64,000 bases of DNA from an uncultured delta proteobacterium (lineage in GTDB: Bacteria; Myxococcota_A; Polyangia; Polyangiales; B10-G4): the NCBI GenBank assembly GCA_963727445.1, contig CAVSGI010000020.1, forward strand, positions 736,001-800,000, read 5' to 3'. Positions 41,239-52,158 of this stretch are shown in pieces (positions within the stretch are counted from its first letter, which is position 1; each line of letters starts with the position of its first letter). The notes under the pieces were generated by a model, which worked only from the letters and a program-made list of their open reading frames with translations, did no database searches and was not told the DNA's origin. The position numbers and the translations under genes are program-made.

Positions 41239-42117
41239 ATGGCTGTGTGGAAAGAGAACGTGGTGCTGAAGCGAAAGGAGCGCGTCTCCAGCTTCCGCAA
41301 GATCGCCATCGGTACCTGGTCGGACCCTCGGGACCCCCAGATCTACGGCTCGCTGACCGTCCGCATGGAGAAGGCCCTGGCCTACATCGAGGACTATCGC
41401 CAGGCGACCGGGCGGCGGCTCACGGTGACCCACCTGGTGGGCAAGGCGGTGGCCCGGGCCCTCAAAGCCACGCCCGATGCCAACGCGATCCTGCGCTTCG
41501 GCCGCCCCTACCTGCGCCAGGACGTCAGCGTCTTCTTCTCGGTGGCGCTCACCGATCCCGACACCGGCGAGATCGATCTCAGCGGCGCCAAGCTCGACCA
41601 CGTCGATCGGATGAGCCTGGGCGAGGTCGTCGATGCTTTCGAAGCCGAGGTGGGTCGGGTGCGCACCGGCACGGACGAGGACCTCAAGAAGTCCCGCGAC
41701 ACCTTCGCCTGGCTCCCCTTCCGCGCCGTCCGCTGGGTCCTCGACGCCATCTCCTTCGGTCTCTACGACCTCAACGCCGACCTTCGCGCCATCGGCCTGC
41801 CGAAGGATCCCTTCGGCTCGGTGGTCGTCACCAACATCGGCTCCCTGGGGCTCACCGAGGCGTACGCGCCGCTCATGGCTTACAGCCGCACGCCCTTGTT
41901 GCTCGCTGTCGGCGCCGTCACCGACGAGCCGGTGGTCGAGGACGGCGCGATCGTCCCCGGCAAGCGCATGCGCATCCACGCCACCCTCGACCACCGCCTG
42001 CTCGACGGCAAGCACGCCGCGAAGCTCTCCAAGATCATCCACGAGACCCTCGAGGATCCCTACGCACATCTCGATCCGATTCCGGCGGACGCCGCGCGTC
42101 ACGAGGAGGCAGCATGA
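41239..42117 (+). CDS. Stand-alone 2-oxoacid dehydrogenase E2-type acyltransferase catalytic domain
   Basis: GSVVVTNIGSLG, TLDHRLLDG; no lipoyl domain. Confidence 0.8.
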   Translation: MAVWKENVVLKRKERVSSFRKIAIGTWSDPRDPQIYGSLTVRMEKALAYIEDYRQATGRRLTVTHLVGKAVARALKATPDANAILRFGRPYLRQDVSVFFSVALTDPDTGEIDLSGAKLDHVDRMSLGEVVDAFEAEVGRVRTGTDEDLKKSRDTFAWLPFRAVRWVLDAISFGLYDLNADLRAIGLPKDPFGSVVVTNIGSLGLTEAYAPLMAYSRTPLLLAVGAVTDEPVVEDGAIVPGKRMRIHATLDHRLLDGKHAAKLSKIIHETLEDPYAHLDPIPADAARHEEAA

Positions 42118-43337
42118 GCGGCTTCGACTACTTCATCGCCCTCGACGGGCACGGCCTCAACGGCTTCGAAGGCTACGGCGGCGTCGCCAAGCTCCGTCAC
42201 AATCCCGCCGGTGACCGCTGGGATGTCACGGCGAAGTTCTACGAGGGGCTCGCCGGCGGCCACGCCACCCAGATCAACCCCTCGGGCACCGTCGGCTACC
42301 TCGGCAATCTCTCCCAGACGCTGCTCTTCTACGATCCCGAGACGCTGGAGGAGATCGATCGCTTCTCCACCCTTCGCTTCCACGCGCCCGACACCTTCTA
42401 CAGCAGCCAGACCCACGTGCTCTGGCTCTCCGACGACACCTTCCTCACCTCCATCGACGGCGCCTTCTGGCGCTTTCGTCTAGGCGACCTCGCGCACCCG
42501 GAGGAGCTCGGCGCGCACGGCGCGACCCTGCCGCACGCGCTGAAGCGTTCGCCTTCGGGACGTTACGTCTTCTACGGCGCGATGGACCACGACACCCACG
42601 GCTACGCCAATCAGGTGGGCGTCTTCGACCTCGAAAAGGGCACGCCGCGTATCGTGCGCCTCCCCGCTACCTGCTGGCACCTCGGCGTCCACCCCACGAA
42701 GGACCTCTTCTACGCGCCGACGCAGCGCTGCGTCCCGCAGGGCGACGGCGAGTTCGCCGAGTATCTGCCGGCTTGCTACAAGGACTACCTCTTCGAGATC
42801 GACGGCGAGTCGGCGACGGTCACCCGTCACCTCACGATCCCCAAGGACGCCCCGGGCGGCGGCCTGACCTCGGACGTCGTCGTCACCGAGGATCGCGTCC
42901 TCTACAACAGCCCGATGAGCGGCTGCATCACCTTCGTCGACCTCGAGACCTTTCGCCACGTCGAGCACGTCGACGAGCGCGCGGGGTTGCTCCGCACCGC
43001 GCGCGCCATCCGTGCCGGCGTCGGCAACCTGGTCGAGGCGCTGGCCCGGGTGAACCTCCCCGATCACACCCACGCCTTCATCAAGGCGGTGCGGATGAGC
43101 CGGGGCAGCCTCCTCGACGGGAGCTACGGTCTCGCGCTCAGCCCGGACCGGAGGTTCCTCCTGTCCGCCCATCGCGGCCTGAACGAGGTCTTGGTCTACG
43201 ACTATCCCTCGCTCTCGCTCCGGCGACGCGTGCCCTTTCCCTCGATCCGGCAGTTCTTCCCGGGCCACATCGGACGCCTGGCCGACCCCCGACTCGGTTT
43301 CCACCACAGCACCCTCAAGGCGTCGCGCGCGGCCTGA
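42114..43337 (+). CDS. Beta-propeller protein of unknown function
   Basis: ATGA overlap and GAGGAGG RBS; INPSG, SPSGRY, LSPDRRFL repeats; several His residues. Confidence 0.7.
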   Translation: MSGFDYFIALDGHGLNGFEGYGGVAKLRHNPAGDRWDVTAKFYEGLAGGHATQINPSGTVGYLGNLSQTLLFYDPETLEEIDRFSTLRFHAPDTFYSSQTHVLWLSDDTFLTSIDGAFWRFRLGDLAHPEELGAHGATLPHALKRSPSGRYVFYGAMDHDTHGYANQVGVFDLEKGTPRIVRLPATCWHLGVHPTKDLFYAPTQRCVPQGDGEFAEYLPACYKDYLFEIDGESATVTRHLTIPKDAPGGGLTSDVVVTEDRVLYNSPMSGCITFVDLETFRHVEHVDERAGLLRTARAIRAGVGNLVEALARVNLPDHTHAFIKAVRMSRGSLLDGSYGLALSPDRRFLLSAHRGLNEVLVYDYPSLSLRRRVPFPSIRQFFPGHIGRLADPRLGFHHSTLKASRAA

Positions 43338-43356
43338 CGCGGGGTTTGCGGCTGCT

Positions 43357-45046
43357 ATGGTTGACCGCGTGAGCGGCCTCGACCCCTATGCAGCCGTCGT
43401 CGGACGCCCCCTCGGGGGCGGGCGATACCTCGTGGGGGAGCGCATGGACGAAGGCGGCATGGGTGCCGTCTTCCGCGCGACGGACAACGAACAGGGTGAC
43501 GTCGTCGCCATCAAGGTCCTCCATCCGGATCTCGCCAAGGAGACCCGCCACGTCGCCCGCTTCTACCGCGAGGCCGAAACGGCGATGGCCCTGAGCCACC
43601 CGCACATCGTGGAGACGCGCACGGTGGGCGGCCCCGACGACGACCTCTGCTGGTTCGCGATGGAGCTGCTCGAGGGCAAGAGCCTCCATCAGATGCAGGG
43701 GGAGGGGCGGATGACCTTTCCGCCAGCGGAGGTGGTCCGCATCGGCCGGCAGATCCTCAGCGCCCTCGAAGCCACACACTCGGTTGGCGTTCTCCATCGC
43801 GATCTCAAGCCGGGCAACGTGATGCTCGTGGAAAAAGCCCGAGGGCTCGGTGGCGAAGCTCGTCGATTTCGGCATCGCGGTGCTCACCTCCTCCGAGACC
43901 TACACGCGCCTCACCGCCACCGGCATGGTCCTCGGGACGCCGGCCTACATGCCGCCGGAGCAGGTCTGCGGCGACGACCTCGACGCGCGCTCGGACGTCT
44001 ACTCGCTGGCCGCCACGCTCCACACAATCCTCGTCGGCGAGCCACCCTACGGCCGGGGCACCTGGGGCGAGATCCTGCCCAGGATCCTGACCGGCAGCCG
44101 GACGCGCCTCGAGACCCGCGGGTTGGACCGCCCTCTGGCGAGCGTGATCGAGCAGGGCCTGGCCGTCGATCGCGAGGCGCGGTGGGGGAGCGCGCGCGAG
44201 ATGGAGCTCGCGCTCTCGGCCCTCGACGTCGCCGGCCAGCGCACGGTCCTCGAGTGGCAACCGCCTCCGCAGATCTCGGCGCTTCACCTCGGCCCCTTCG
44301 ACAACACCGGCCCCGGTTTCGCGAAGACCCTCGAATCGCAGCGCCCAGGGCCCTTTCCCTCGACGCGTGAGCAGCCTTCATCGAATCCTCCACCCCCCGC
44401 GGCGCCGCGCGCCGAGCCGTCACATCTCGCGGGTCCCGACCCGGTGATCGACGCGGTGCCGGAAGCGGAGCTTCGCGTGCCGATGCGGGGAGGCCTCTGG
44501 CCCCTCTTCGCGCTGGGCGCGGTGGGGAGCCTGCTGGCGGCCGGCCTCGTGTTCTGGGTGCTGACCGACGTCGAGGGGACGCAGGCGGAGGCGCCGGCGA
44601 CGCCGGCGGACGTTGCGGCGCCCGCGGAGGAGACACCGGCCACCGAAGCGCGTGACGAGGTCGCGTCCGGAGGGGGCGACATTCCGGAGGGCGTCGAGGC
44701 GCCGGCGGAGGTCGCGTCCGAAGAGGAGACGCTCCCGGCCGAGGAAGAGGTGCGCGCTCGTTCTCTGTCGGCTCGGCGCACGACGAGCTCGCGCCGCGCC
44801 GGCACCGAGGGGGTGGCCACAGCCGAGACTACCTTGGACGACGACGAAGAATGGAAAGCGGAAGAGGAGGGTGCGACGCCGATGGCTTCCACCGGCCCCA
44901 CCTCGCCACCCGCGGAGACCGAGACGAATCGGCGTCCCGCGATCATGGTCAACGTGGTCGGCAGCGGCGGCTCCTCGGTCACCGCGGTGGCGCCCGGCAC
45001 CGATCCCTCCCTCGTGCCGATGGTCACTTACCGTACACACCGCTGA
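43357..45046 (+). CDS. Ser/Thr protein kinase with TM helix (apparent frameshift near 43840)
   Basis: EGGMGAV, VAIK, HRDLKPGN | KLVDFG, GTPAYMPPEQ, SDVYSL. Confidence 0.88.
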
Positions 45047-46662
45047 TGGCTCGGGAGGAGAGACACTGGTGGCGCCGCGGCGTCGTCTATCAGATCTATC
45101 CGCGCTCCTTCGCCGACGGAGACGACAACGGGATCGGTGATCTCTGCGGCATTCGGTCGCGCCTGCCGTATCTCCGTGCGCTCGGTATCGACGCCATCTG
45201 GCTGAGCCCCTTCTATCCGAGCCCGTTTCGGGACGGCGGTTACGACGTCGCGGACTATCGCGACGTCGACCCGCGTTTCGGCAGCCTCGCCGATGCGGAG
45301 TCGTTGATCGCGGAGGCCCACGCTCACGAGATCCGCGTGATCGTCGACCTCGTTCCGAACCACACCTCGAGCGACCACCGCTGGTTTCGCGAAGCCCTCG
45401 CGGCCGGACCGGGCGCCGCCGCACGGCGCCGCTACATCTTTCGCCAGGGCCGCGGAAGCGACGGATCCGAGCCTCCGAACAACTGGACCTCGATCTTCGG
45501 TGGGCCCGCCTGGACGCGCGTCGTGGACGGCGAGTGGTACCTGCACCTCTTCGATGAGTCACAGCCGGACCTCGACTGGCAGAACGAGGAGGTGCGCGCC
45601 GAGTTCGACGACATCCTGCGCTTCTGGCTTTCGCGCGGCGTCGACGGCTTTCGCATCGACGTCGCGCACGGGATGGTCAAGGACCCTACGCTCCCCGATC
45701 TCGACAACCCGACGGAGCTGCTCGCCACCGAGTTTCCCGAGAACCATCCGCATTGGGACCGTCACGGGATCCACGAGGTCAACCGCCGCTTCCGCTCGGT
45801 GCTCGACGCTTCGGGGCGAGACGTGATGATGGTCGCCGAGGCCTGGGTCCACCCGGAACGGCTCGCCCAATACCTTCGGCCAGACGAGTACCACCAGTCC
45901 TTCAACTTCGACTTCCTCAAGGCCGAGTGGGAGCGACGAGAAGTGAAAGACGCGATCACGCGCGCGCTCGAGGCGGCCCGAGCCGTGGGGTCCACCCCCA
46001 CCTGGACGCTTTCGAATCACGACGTGATGCGCCACGCCACGCGCTACGGTCTTCCGCCGGGCACGGATTGGCAGCGCTGGCCTCTCACCGGTCCCCACGA
46101 CGCCCTCGACCCGGCGCTCGGACTGCGCCGCGCACGGGCGGCGACGCTCATGCTCCTCGCACTCCCGGGCTCGACCTATCTCTACCAGGGCGAGGAGCTG
46201 GGGCTGCCGGAGGTCTGGGACCTGCCGCCAGAGGTGCTCGACGATCCGGTGTGGGAGAGCTCGGGACACGCGCTCAAGGGCCGGGATGGCTGCCGGGTGC
46301 CGCTGCCCTGGACGCGAGAGGGTCCGTCGTTCGGCTTCGGCGGGTGCGCGCCCTGGTTGCCGCAGCCGGCGGTCTTCTCCGAGCTCTCGGTGGAGGCGCA
46401 GGACGGCGTGGCCGGCTCCACCCTCGAGCTCTACCGCCGCGCGCTCGCGCTCCGCGCCACGCATCTCGCGGCCGACGAGGAGCTCGAGTGGGTCGAGCTC
46501 GGCCCCGGCTCCCTCGCGTTCCGGCGCGGCTCGGGCGTGGTCTGTGTCGTGAGCTTCGGCGCAGAGGTGAAGCTGCCCGAAGGGCGCGTGCTGCTCGCAT
46601 CGGTAGAAGGCGCCCGTGGCACGCTGGCGAAGGATGCGACCGCCTGGGTCCTGCCCGAGTAG
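45046..46662 (+). CDS. GH13 alpha-glucosidase
   Basis: YQIYPRSFADG, DLVPNHTS, GFRIDVAHG, VAEAW, SNHD, YQGEELG. Confidence 0.92.
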   Translation: MAREERHWWRRGVVYQIYPRSFADGDDNGIGDLCGIRSRLPYLRALGIDAIWLSPFYPSPFRDGGYDVADYRDVDPRFGSLADAESLIAEAHAHEIRVIVDLVPNHTSSDHRWFREALAAGPGAAARRRYIFRQGRGSDGSEPPNNWTSIFGGPAWTRVVDGEWYLHLFDESQPDLDWQNEEVRAEFDDILRFWLSRGVDGFRIDVAHGMVKDPTLPDLDNPTELLATEFPENHPHWDRHGIHEVNRRFRSVLDASGRDVMMVAEAWVHPERLAQYLRPDEYHQSFNFDFLKAEWERREVKDAITRALEAARAVGSTPTWTLSNHDVMRHATRYGLPPGTDWQRWPLTGPHDALDPALGLRRARAATLMLLALPGSTYLYQGEELGLPEVWDLPPEVLDDPVWESSGHALKGRDGCRVPLPWTREGPSFGFGGCAPWLPQPAVFSELSVEAQDGVAGSTLELYRRALALRATHLAADEELEWVELGPGSLAFRRGSGVVCVVSFGAEVKLPEGRVLLASVEGARGTLAKDATAWVLPE

Positions 46663-46717
46663 CGCGGGCGCATCTCGTCACTCGACAAGCCCGGTTGTCG
46701 TCCCACAATGGGGCCGC

Positions 46718-47368
46718 ATGGGTCAGCCCGCCTTCTTCGACATGGACCGCACGGTGCTGCGCGTCGACTCCAGCACGAGCTGGATGCGCTTTCTGCGCCG
46801 GCGCGGCGAGCTGTCTCGTTCCTTCGTCGCCAAGGCGACCTTCTGGGGGCTTCAGTACAAGCTCGCCCTCTTGGACATCGACGCGATGGCGGATCGGGTC
46901 GCGGCCGACCTTCGCGGGATCCTGGAAGCCGATCTGATCCACAAGACGAACCTCTGGCATGCGGAGGATCTCGCGACCGAGATCGCGCCCTTGGCCATCG
47001 AGGCGATCGCGCAACACCGCCGCGCGGGTGACGTGGTCGTCCTCTTGACGGGCGGCAGCCCCTACGTCGCGAAGAACGTGGCAGGCGCGCTCGACATCGA
47101 GCACGTGCTGAGCACGGAGCTCGAGGTCGAGCAGGGGCGCTTCACGGGTCGCCTCTCGCAGCGCTGTTTCGGTGCGCACAAGGTCGAGGTCGCCGAGCGC
47201 TGGGCGCGCGACAACGGCTACGCGCTCGATGGGGCGACGTTCTACAGCGACAGCTACAACGACCTGCCCATGCTCGAGCGGATCGGCAGGCCGGTGGCGG
47301 TCAACGCGGACCCGCGGCTCAGACGGCACGCGACCCGCAACGGTTGGTCCATCGTCTCGTGGGCCTGA
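46718..47368 (+). CDS. HAD-IB family hydrolase
   Basis: FFDMDRT, LLTGG, FYSDSYNDLPML, VAVNAD. Confidence 0.88.
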   Translation: MGQPAFFDMDRTVLRVDSSTSWMRFLRRRGELSRSFVAKATFWGLQYKLALLDIDAMADRVAADLRGILEADLIHKTNLWHAEDLATEIAPLAIEAIAQHRRAGDVVVLLTGGSPYVAKNVAGALDIEHVLSTELEVEQGRFTGRLSQRCFGAHKVEVAERWARDNGYALDGATFYSDSYNDLPMLERIGRPVAVNADPRLRRHATRNGWSIVSWA

Positions 47369-47487
47369 GCGCGGACGGTCATCTGACTCAGAACGGCCGA
47401 GCGTACTTTTCCCCCACGTCCTCCGCGCAGGTGGGGCGAATCACCCCAGCAGGCGTTCCAAACGTCCGCAATTCGTGCCCCGTCTGG

Positions 47488-47503
47488 TGGCACGCGGGCT
47501 GCT
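47488..47503 (+). promoter_or_regulatory. Sigma54 (-24/-12) promoter
   Basis: TGGCACGCGGGCTGCT with GG-N10-GC spacing, 45 bp upstream of the histidine kinase. Confidence 0.7.
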
Positions 47504-47548
47504 TGTCGACTTCGCACGGTCAATCCTGCTATTGCCCGGGGAACACCC

Positions 47549-49021
47549 GTGCGCGTCGCTCTCAAGCTCACGACCTTCATTCTGGCCCTGCTCATCGGCG
47601 TTCTCGCGCTCGAAGGGTGGCTCCGAGTACAGAACGAACGCGAGGTCTTCGAGCTCGACATCGAGCACGAGCAGCGACTGCTGGGACATTCGCTGAGGCC
47701 TTCGGTGGAGCTCGCATGGCGGAGCGAGGGTCTCGCCGAGGCCGAGGCCATCCTCTCGCGCGCGGAGCAGGGCGAGGACGAGGTGCGCGTGCGCCTGACG
47801 CGTCTGGACGCCGTCGGAGAGGAGGCGCCGCTGCATCGAGACACCGCGCGGCTCGCTACCCAGGAGGGTGCAGTGGCGAGCCTGGTCGATCGCTCCTCCT
47901 CGCCCGGCGTGGTGTTCACCTACGTGCCCATCACCTCTCCACGAGGCGAGAACGTGGTGATCGAGCTCTCGGAATCGCTCGCCAGAGCCGAGCAGCGCCT
48001 CGACAAGAGCGTGGTCCGCGTCCTGTTGACCGCGCTGGCCATCGTTCTCGGGGCCGGAATCCTGGCGTTGGCGTTGGGCGAGCGGATCGTGGGCGTCCCG
48101 GTGCGGCGTCTGGTGGAGCTGGCGGCGCGCATCGGCGAGGGGGATTTCAGTCCGCCGACTTCGCCGGTGAGTCGTTGGGACGAGCTCGGGCAGCTGAAGA
48201 TCGCCATCGGCGCGATGGTTCAAGGTCTGGCCAAAGCGCGAGACCGCGCGGAACGCGAGACGGACGCTCGTCTCGAAGCCGAGCGCGAGATGCGACGCAG
48301 CGAACGCCTCGTCGCGGTGGGCACGCTCGCCGCCGGTGTCGCGCACGAGCTCGGAACACCGCTGCAGATCATCTCGGGTCGCGCCCGAATGATAGAGGAC
48401 GAGTCGACCGCGAGCGAGACCAGCAAGCGCAACGCGCGCATCGTTCACGATCAGGCGAGCCGCATGGAACGCATCGTCCGGCAGCTGCTGAGCCTCGAGC
48501 GGCCGGCGCGCAGGGTGCGCACGCCGCTGACGATCAGCGCACTGGCGCGGGAGACAGTCGAGCTCCTGACGCCGACCGCGAAGAAGGTCGACGTGGAGTT
48601 GTCGGTGACGGTGGAGGACGAGGGCCCCGTTCACGGCGATCGAGACCACCTCGGCCAGCTCATCACCAACCTTGTCCAGAATGCCATCCAGGCGATGAAA
48701 GATGGCGGCCACGTCTGGGTCACCGTACGGCGCGCCCGAGAGGTCGACCCGCCATCCGAGGAGCTGGGGCGGGCCTCGGACTACGTCTGCCTCGAGGTGG
48801 CGGACGATGGTCCCGGGGTTCCGGAGGAGATCCGCAGCCAGATCTTCGACCCCTTCTTCACCACCAAGGAGGTCGGCAGCGGCACCGGATTGGGGCTCTC
48901 CCTGGTCCACAACATCGCCAGGGATCACGAGGGATGGATCGAGGTGGGAGGTTCGAGAGAGGATGACCGCGCCGGCGCGGTTTTTCGCGTCTATCTTCCG
49001 AGAGACGAGGGAGCGTCTTGA
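47549..49021 (+). CDS. HAMP sensor histidine kinase
   Basis: Two TM helices, [37 protein letters not shown]. Confidence 0.93.
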   Translation: MRVALKLTTFILALLIGVLALEGWLRVQNEREVFELDIEHEQRLLGHSLRPSVELAWRSEGLAEAEAILSRAEQGEDEVRVRLTRLDAVGEEAPLHRDTARLATQEGAVASLVDRSSSPGVVFTYVPITSPRGENVVIELSESLARAEQRLDKSVVRVLLTALAIVLGAGILALALGERIVGVPVRRLVELAARIGEGDFSPPTSPVSRWDELGQLKIAIGAMVQGLAKARDRAERETDARLEAEREMRRSERLVAVGTLAAGVAHELGTPLQIISGRARMIEDESTASETSKRNARIVHDQASRMERIVRQLLSLERPARRVRTPLTISALARETVELLTPTAKKVDVELSVTVEDEGPVHGDRDHLGQLITNLVQNAIQAMKDGGHVWVTVRRAREVDPPSEELGRASDYVCLEVADDGPGVPEEIRSQIFDPFFTTKEVGSGTGLGLSLVHNIARDHEGWIEVGGSREDDRAGAVFRVYLPRDEGAS

Positions 49022-50388
49022 AGCCCACAGTTCTGATCGTCGACGACGACGCCGACCTTCGCGACCTGATGCGCGAGCAAATCGAAACACGGGGGACCTA
49101 TCGGCCGCTCTCCGCCAGAAGTGCGGATGCCGCCATGGAGCTGTTGCGGGACGAGCCGGTGGACGTGGTGGTGACCGACCTGAGGATGCCGGGCCCTTCG
49201 GGCACCGATCTCTGCCGTGAGATCGTTCGCGATCGGCCGGATGTGCCGGTGGTGATCATGACCGCCTTCGGCAGTCTCGACGCCGCGGTCGATGCCATCC
49301 GCGCCGGTGCCTACGACTTCTTGACGAAGCCCTTCGAGCCGGAGCGCCTCGAGCTCGTCCTCGATCGCGCGCTCGAGGATCGGACCCTGCGCGACGAGGT
49401 CCGCCGTCTCAGGCGCCAGACGGGAGACTCCCCCGGCTACCTCGGCATGGTGGGCACCAGCCCTCCGATGCAGCGCCTGTACGAGATCATCGATCGCGTC
49501 GCGACCTCCGAGGCCTCGGTGCTCGTCCTCGGGGAGAGCGGCACCGGCAAGGAGCTCACCGCGCGGGCGCTCCATCGCCGGAGCCGGCGCGCGAGCGGGC
49601 CTTTCGTCGCGGTCAACTGCGCCGCGATGCCGGAGCAACTCCTCGAGAGCGAGCTCTTCGGACACGAGAAGGGGGCGTTCACCGATGCCCGCAGCGCGCG
49701 TCGCGGGCTGCTCCGCGAAGCCGAAGGGGGCACTGTCCTCCTCGACGAGGTCGGCGATCTCTCTGCGACGCTGCAGCCGAAGCTGCTCCGCGCGCTCCAG
49801 GAGCGGCGCATTCGGCCGGTGGGCGGTGACAGCGAAGTGGAGATCGACGTGCGGATCCTCGCAGCCACCCACCGCGATCTGCGGAGCGCGGTCGACGCCG
49901 GAACCTTCCGGGCGGACCTCTACTATCGGCTCAACGTGATCGCCATCGAGGTGCCGCCGCTGCGCGAGCGTGGGGACGACGTGCTGTTGCTCGCCGAGAG
50001 CTTCATCGACGAGGTCGCGGCTCGTGACCGCATGACCTCTCCCACGCTCTCGAGCGAGGTGGTGCGCCGGCTGCTCACGTACACGTGGCCGGGCAACGTC
50101 CGCGAGCTTCACAACTGCATCGAGCGCTGTGTGGCCCTCGCCGGGGAGGGAGAGATTGAGCTCTCGCATCTGCCGACGGAGGTGCGGGAGGGACCTTCGC
50201 ACTCCCCCGAGGTCTCCGAGGAGGAGGTGGCGACCCACGCCTTCCCGACCCTCTTCGAGGTCGAGCGGCGCCACATCCTCCGCGTCCTCGACGCCGTGGA
50301 TGGGAACAAGAGCCAGGCGGCGCGCATCCTGGGGATCGACCGCAAGACCCTCCACGCCCGTCTGGTCCGCTACGGCGCGACCAGCTGA
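49018..50388 (+). CDS. Sigma54-dependent response regulator (NtrC family)
   Basis: Receiver domain, GESGTGKE, ESELFGHEKGAFTDA, WPGNVREL, Fis-type HTH. Confidence 0.95.
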   Translation: MKPTVLIVDDDADLRDLMREQIETRGTYRPLSARSADAAMELLRDEPVDVVVTDLRMPGPSGTDLCREIVRDRPDVPVVIMTAFGSLDAAVDAIRAGAYDFLTKPFEPERLELVLDRALEDRTLRDEVRRLRRQTGDSPGYLGMVGTSPPMQRLYEIIDRVATSEASVLVLGESGTGKELTARALHRRSRRASGPFVAVNCAAMPEQLLESELFGHEKGAFTDARSARRGLLREAEGGTVLLDEVGDLSATLQPKLLRALQERRIRPVGGDSEVEIDVRILAATHRDLRSAVDAGTFRADLYYRLNVIAIEVPPLRERGDDVLLLAESFIDEVAARDRMTSPTLSSEVVRRLLTYTWPGNVRELHNCIERCVALAGEGEIELSHLPTEVREGPSHSPEVSEEEVATHAFPTLFEVERRHILRVLDAVDGNKSQAARILGIDRKTLHARLVRYGATS

Positions 50389-50426
50389 GCGAGGCAGAGC
50401 GGACCGGCTTCTGCTACGATCCCCTC

Positions 50427-51464
50427 GTGCAGGAACCGCAGGTCGAGGAGCGCATCGCCGAAAAGAAGGAGCGCGTGCACGTGCTCACCGGCGCGGTCTG
50501 CAACAACAACTGCGTCTTCTGCATGGAGGAGGACCGCGAGGCCCGCTACGAGGTCAACTCGCAGACGACCGATGAGGTCGTGCGCTTCATCCTCGAGGAG
50601 AACCGGGGCTGCGAGGAGATCTGCTTCACTTCGGGTGAGCCCACCTTGAACAAGCGTCTCCCCCTCTGGGTGAATTGGGCCAAGGAGGCCGGCGTCCCAC
50701 GGATCAGCGTGATGACCAACGGCCGCAGCCTCGGCTACGAGCGCTACGCGCGGATGCTGGTCAAGGCGGGGATGAACCGCTTCTACGTGTCGATTCACGG
50801 GCACGAAAAGCGCCTTCACGAGGGTCTCACCCGGACGCCCGACAGCTTCGAGCAGACCGTCGCGGGTCTGGATCAGATCACCAAGCTCAAGCGCTTCGGT
50901 GTCGAGCTGCACACCTCGACGGTGGTCACCAAGCGAAACCTGCCCCACCTCTCGGACATCTACCGCTTCCTGCGAAGCCACGGCGTCGACCAGGTCGTCT
51001 TCAACGTCATGCAGGCCAACGGCCGCGCCAACACCCACTTCGAGAAGATCTTCCCGCGCTACACCGACATCGCAGCCGAGGCGGCGCGTTTCCTCGCCGA
51101 AGCCGGCAAGCACGAGGATCAGGTGATGGCTTTCCTGGTGGACATCCCGCTGTGCACCACCGAAGCGCTTCCGGATTTCAACCGGGGCTTCGTCGAGGCG
51201 TACAAGCACTACGAGCCTCCAGGCGGCGCCGGCCACGACACCGTCCTATCCGCCACCTTCGACGCATCCAATCAGGTGCAGGGCCCGGAGGGAGAGCTGG
51301 TGCAGATCCGCCGCGCCGACCTGGACGAAGACGTCCGCTCCAAACGCGCCGAGTGCAGAAGCTGCCGCTACGACGCAGTCTGTGAGGGCGTCTGGGCGAA
51401 CTACTCGAGGCGCTTCGGCTGGGACGAGATGCAGCCGGTCCGTGCTAGCCTCCCCTCCGAGTGA
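50427..51464 (+). CDS. hxsC: HxsC-type radical SAM enzyme
   Basis: CNNNCVFC, TSGEPTL, MTNGR, IPLC, CRSCRYDAVCEGVW..Y..FGWDEMQPV. Confidence 0.75.
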   Translation: MQEPQVEERIAEKKERVHVLTGAVCNNNCVFCMEEDREARYEVNSQTTDEVVRFILEENRGCEEICFTSGEPTLNKRLPLWVNWAKEAGVPRISVMTNGRSLGYERYARMLVKAGMNRFYVSIHGHEKRLHEGLTRTPDSFEQTVAGLDQITKLKRFGVELHTSTVVTKRNLPHLSDIYRFLRSHGVDQVVFNVMQANGRANTHFEKIFPRYTDIAAEAARFLAEAGKHEDQVMAFLVDIPLCTTEALPDFNRGFVEAYKHYEPPGGAGHDTVLSATFDASNQVQGPEGELVQIRRADLDEDVRSKRAECRSCRYDAVCEGVWANYSRRFGWDEMQPVRASLPSE

Positions 51465-51934
51465 GCGGCGAAAAGATCGAGGGGAAGGGCGCGCTGGTGG
51501 GGCTCGGCGTGGCGGCGGTCGTGGTCGCGGGGATCATCGCCATCGTGATGCATCTGAGCTCGGCCTCGAAGAGCGCGGTGTCGGGGTCGCTCACCATCGA
51601 CGGCGCGACGTTTCAGCCGACGGTGTGTCGTTCGGGCAAGCTCGAGGACGATGGCCCGCACGATCGACCGCGCTTCTTCGGCGTCGAGCTCCTGGGGAGC
51701 GGCCGGACGGTGCGCGTGCTCGATGACCCGACCCAGGGCCAGCGCGTGCTGATCCTCGACGGCAACGGAGCGCCGCGCACGGTGGATCGCGCCCAGTGCG
51801 AGCGCTTCGAGATGCAGCTTCAGGAGACCGGAGAGCTGATCATGGAGGTGTGGGGGATGGGCGGCTCCCTCGCCCTCGATTGCCCGGACGTCAGCGGCGA
51901 GGTTCGCTTCGAGAGCTGCTACAGCGGTCGCTGA
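51461..51934 (+). CDS. Hypothetical membrane-anchored protein
   Basis: GTGA overlap with the radical SAM gene; N-terminal TM helix; four Cys. Confidence 0.7.
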   Translation: MSGEKIEGKGALVGLGVAAVVVAGIIAIVMHLSSASKSAVSGSLTIDGATFQPTVCRSGKLEDDGPHDRPRFFGVELLGSGRTVRVLDDPTQGQRVLILDGNGAPRTVDRAQCERFEMQLQETGELIMEVWGMGGSLALDCPDVSGEVRFESCYSGR

Positions 51935-51987
51935 TGGACCATCGGCTCGCGTAGCCGGGGCGCCAGCCTTCACCGTCGCTCGCCCAT

Positions 51988-52158
51988 CTAGAAGAGCGTG
52001 TAGACGAAGGGCGCGACGTGGCCGAGGCCAGTGGTCAGCAAGAGGAGGATCCCCGCCGCGATCAACACCAGGAGCAGCGGCGCCAGGAAGAAGCGCCGGC
52101 GATGCAGGAAGTGGCGGAAGAGGGCGGCGACGGTGCGGAGGCGGGAGAGCTTCATCAT
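51988..52158 (-). CDS. DUF5989/SxtK-like small membrane peptide
   Basis: 56 aa, FLHRRRFFLAPLLLVL..VAPFVYTLF; ATGA overlap with the carbamoyltransferase. Confidence 0.85.
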   Translation of the reverse strand: MMKLSRLRTVAALFRHFLHRRRFFLAPLLLVLIAAGILLLLTTGLGHVAPFVYTLF

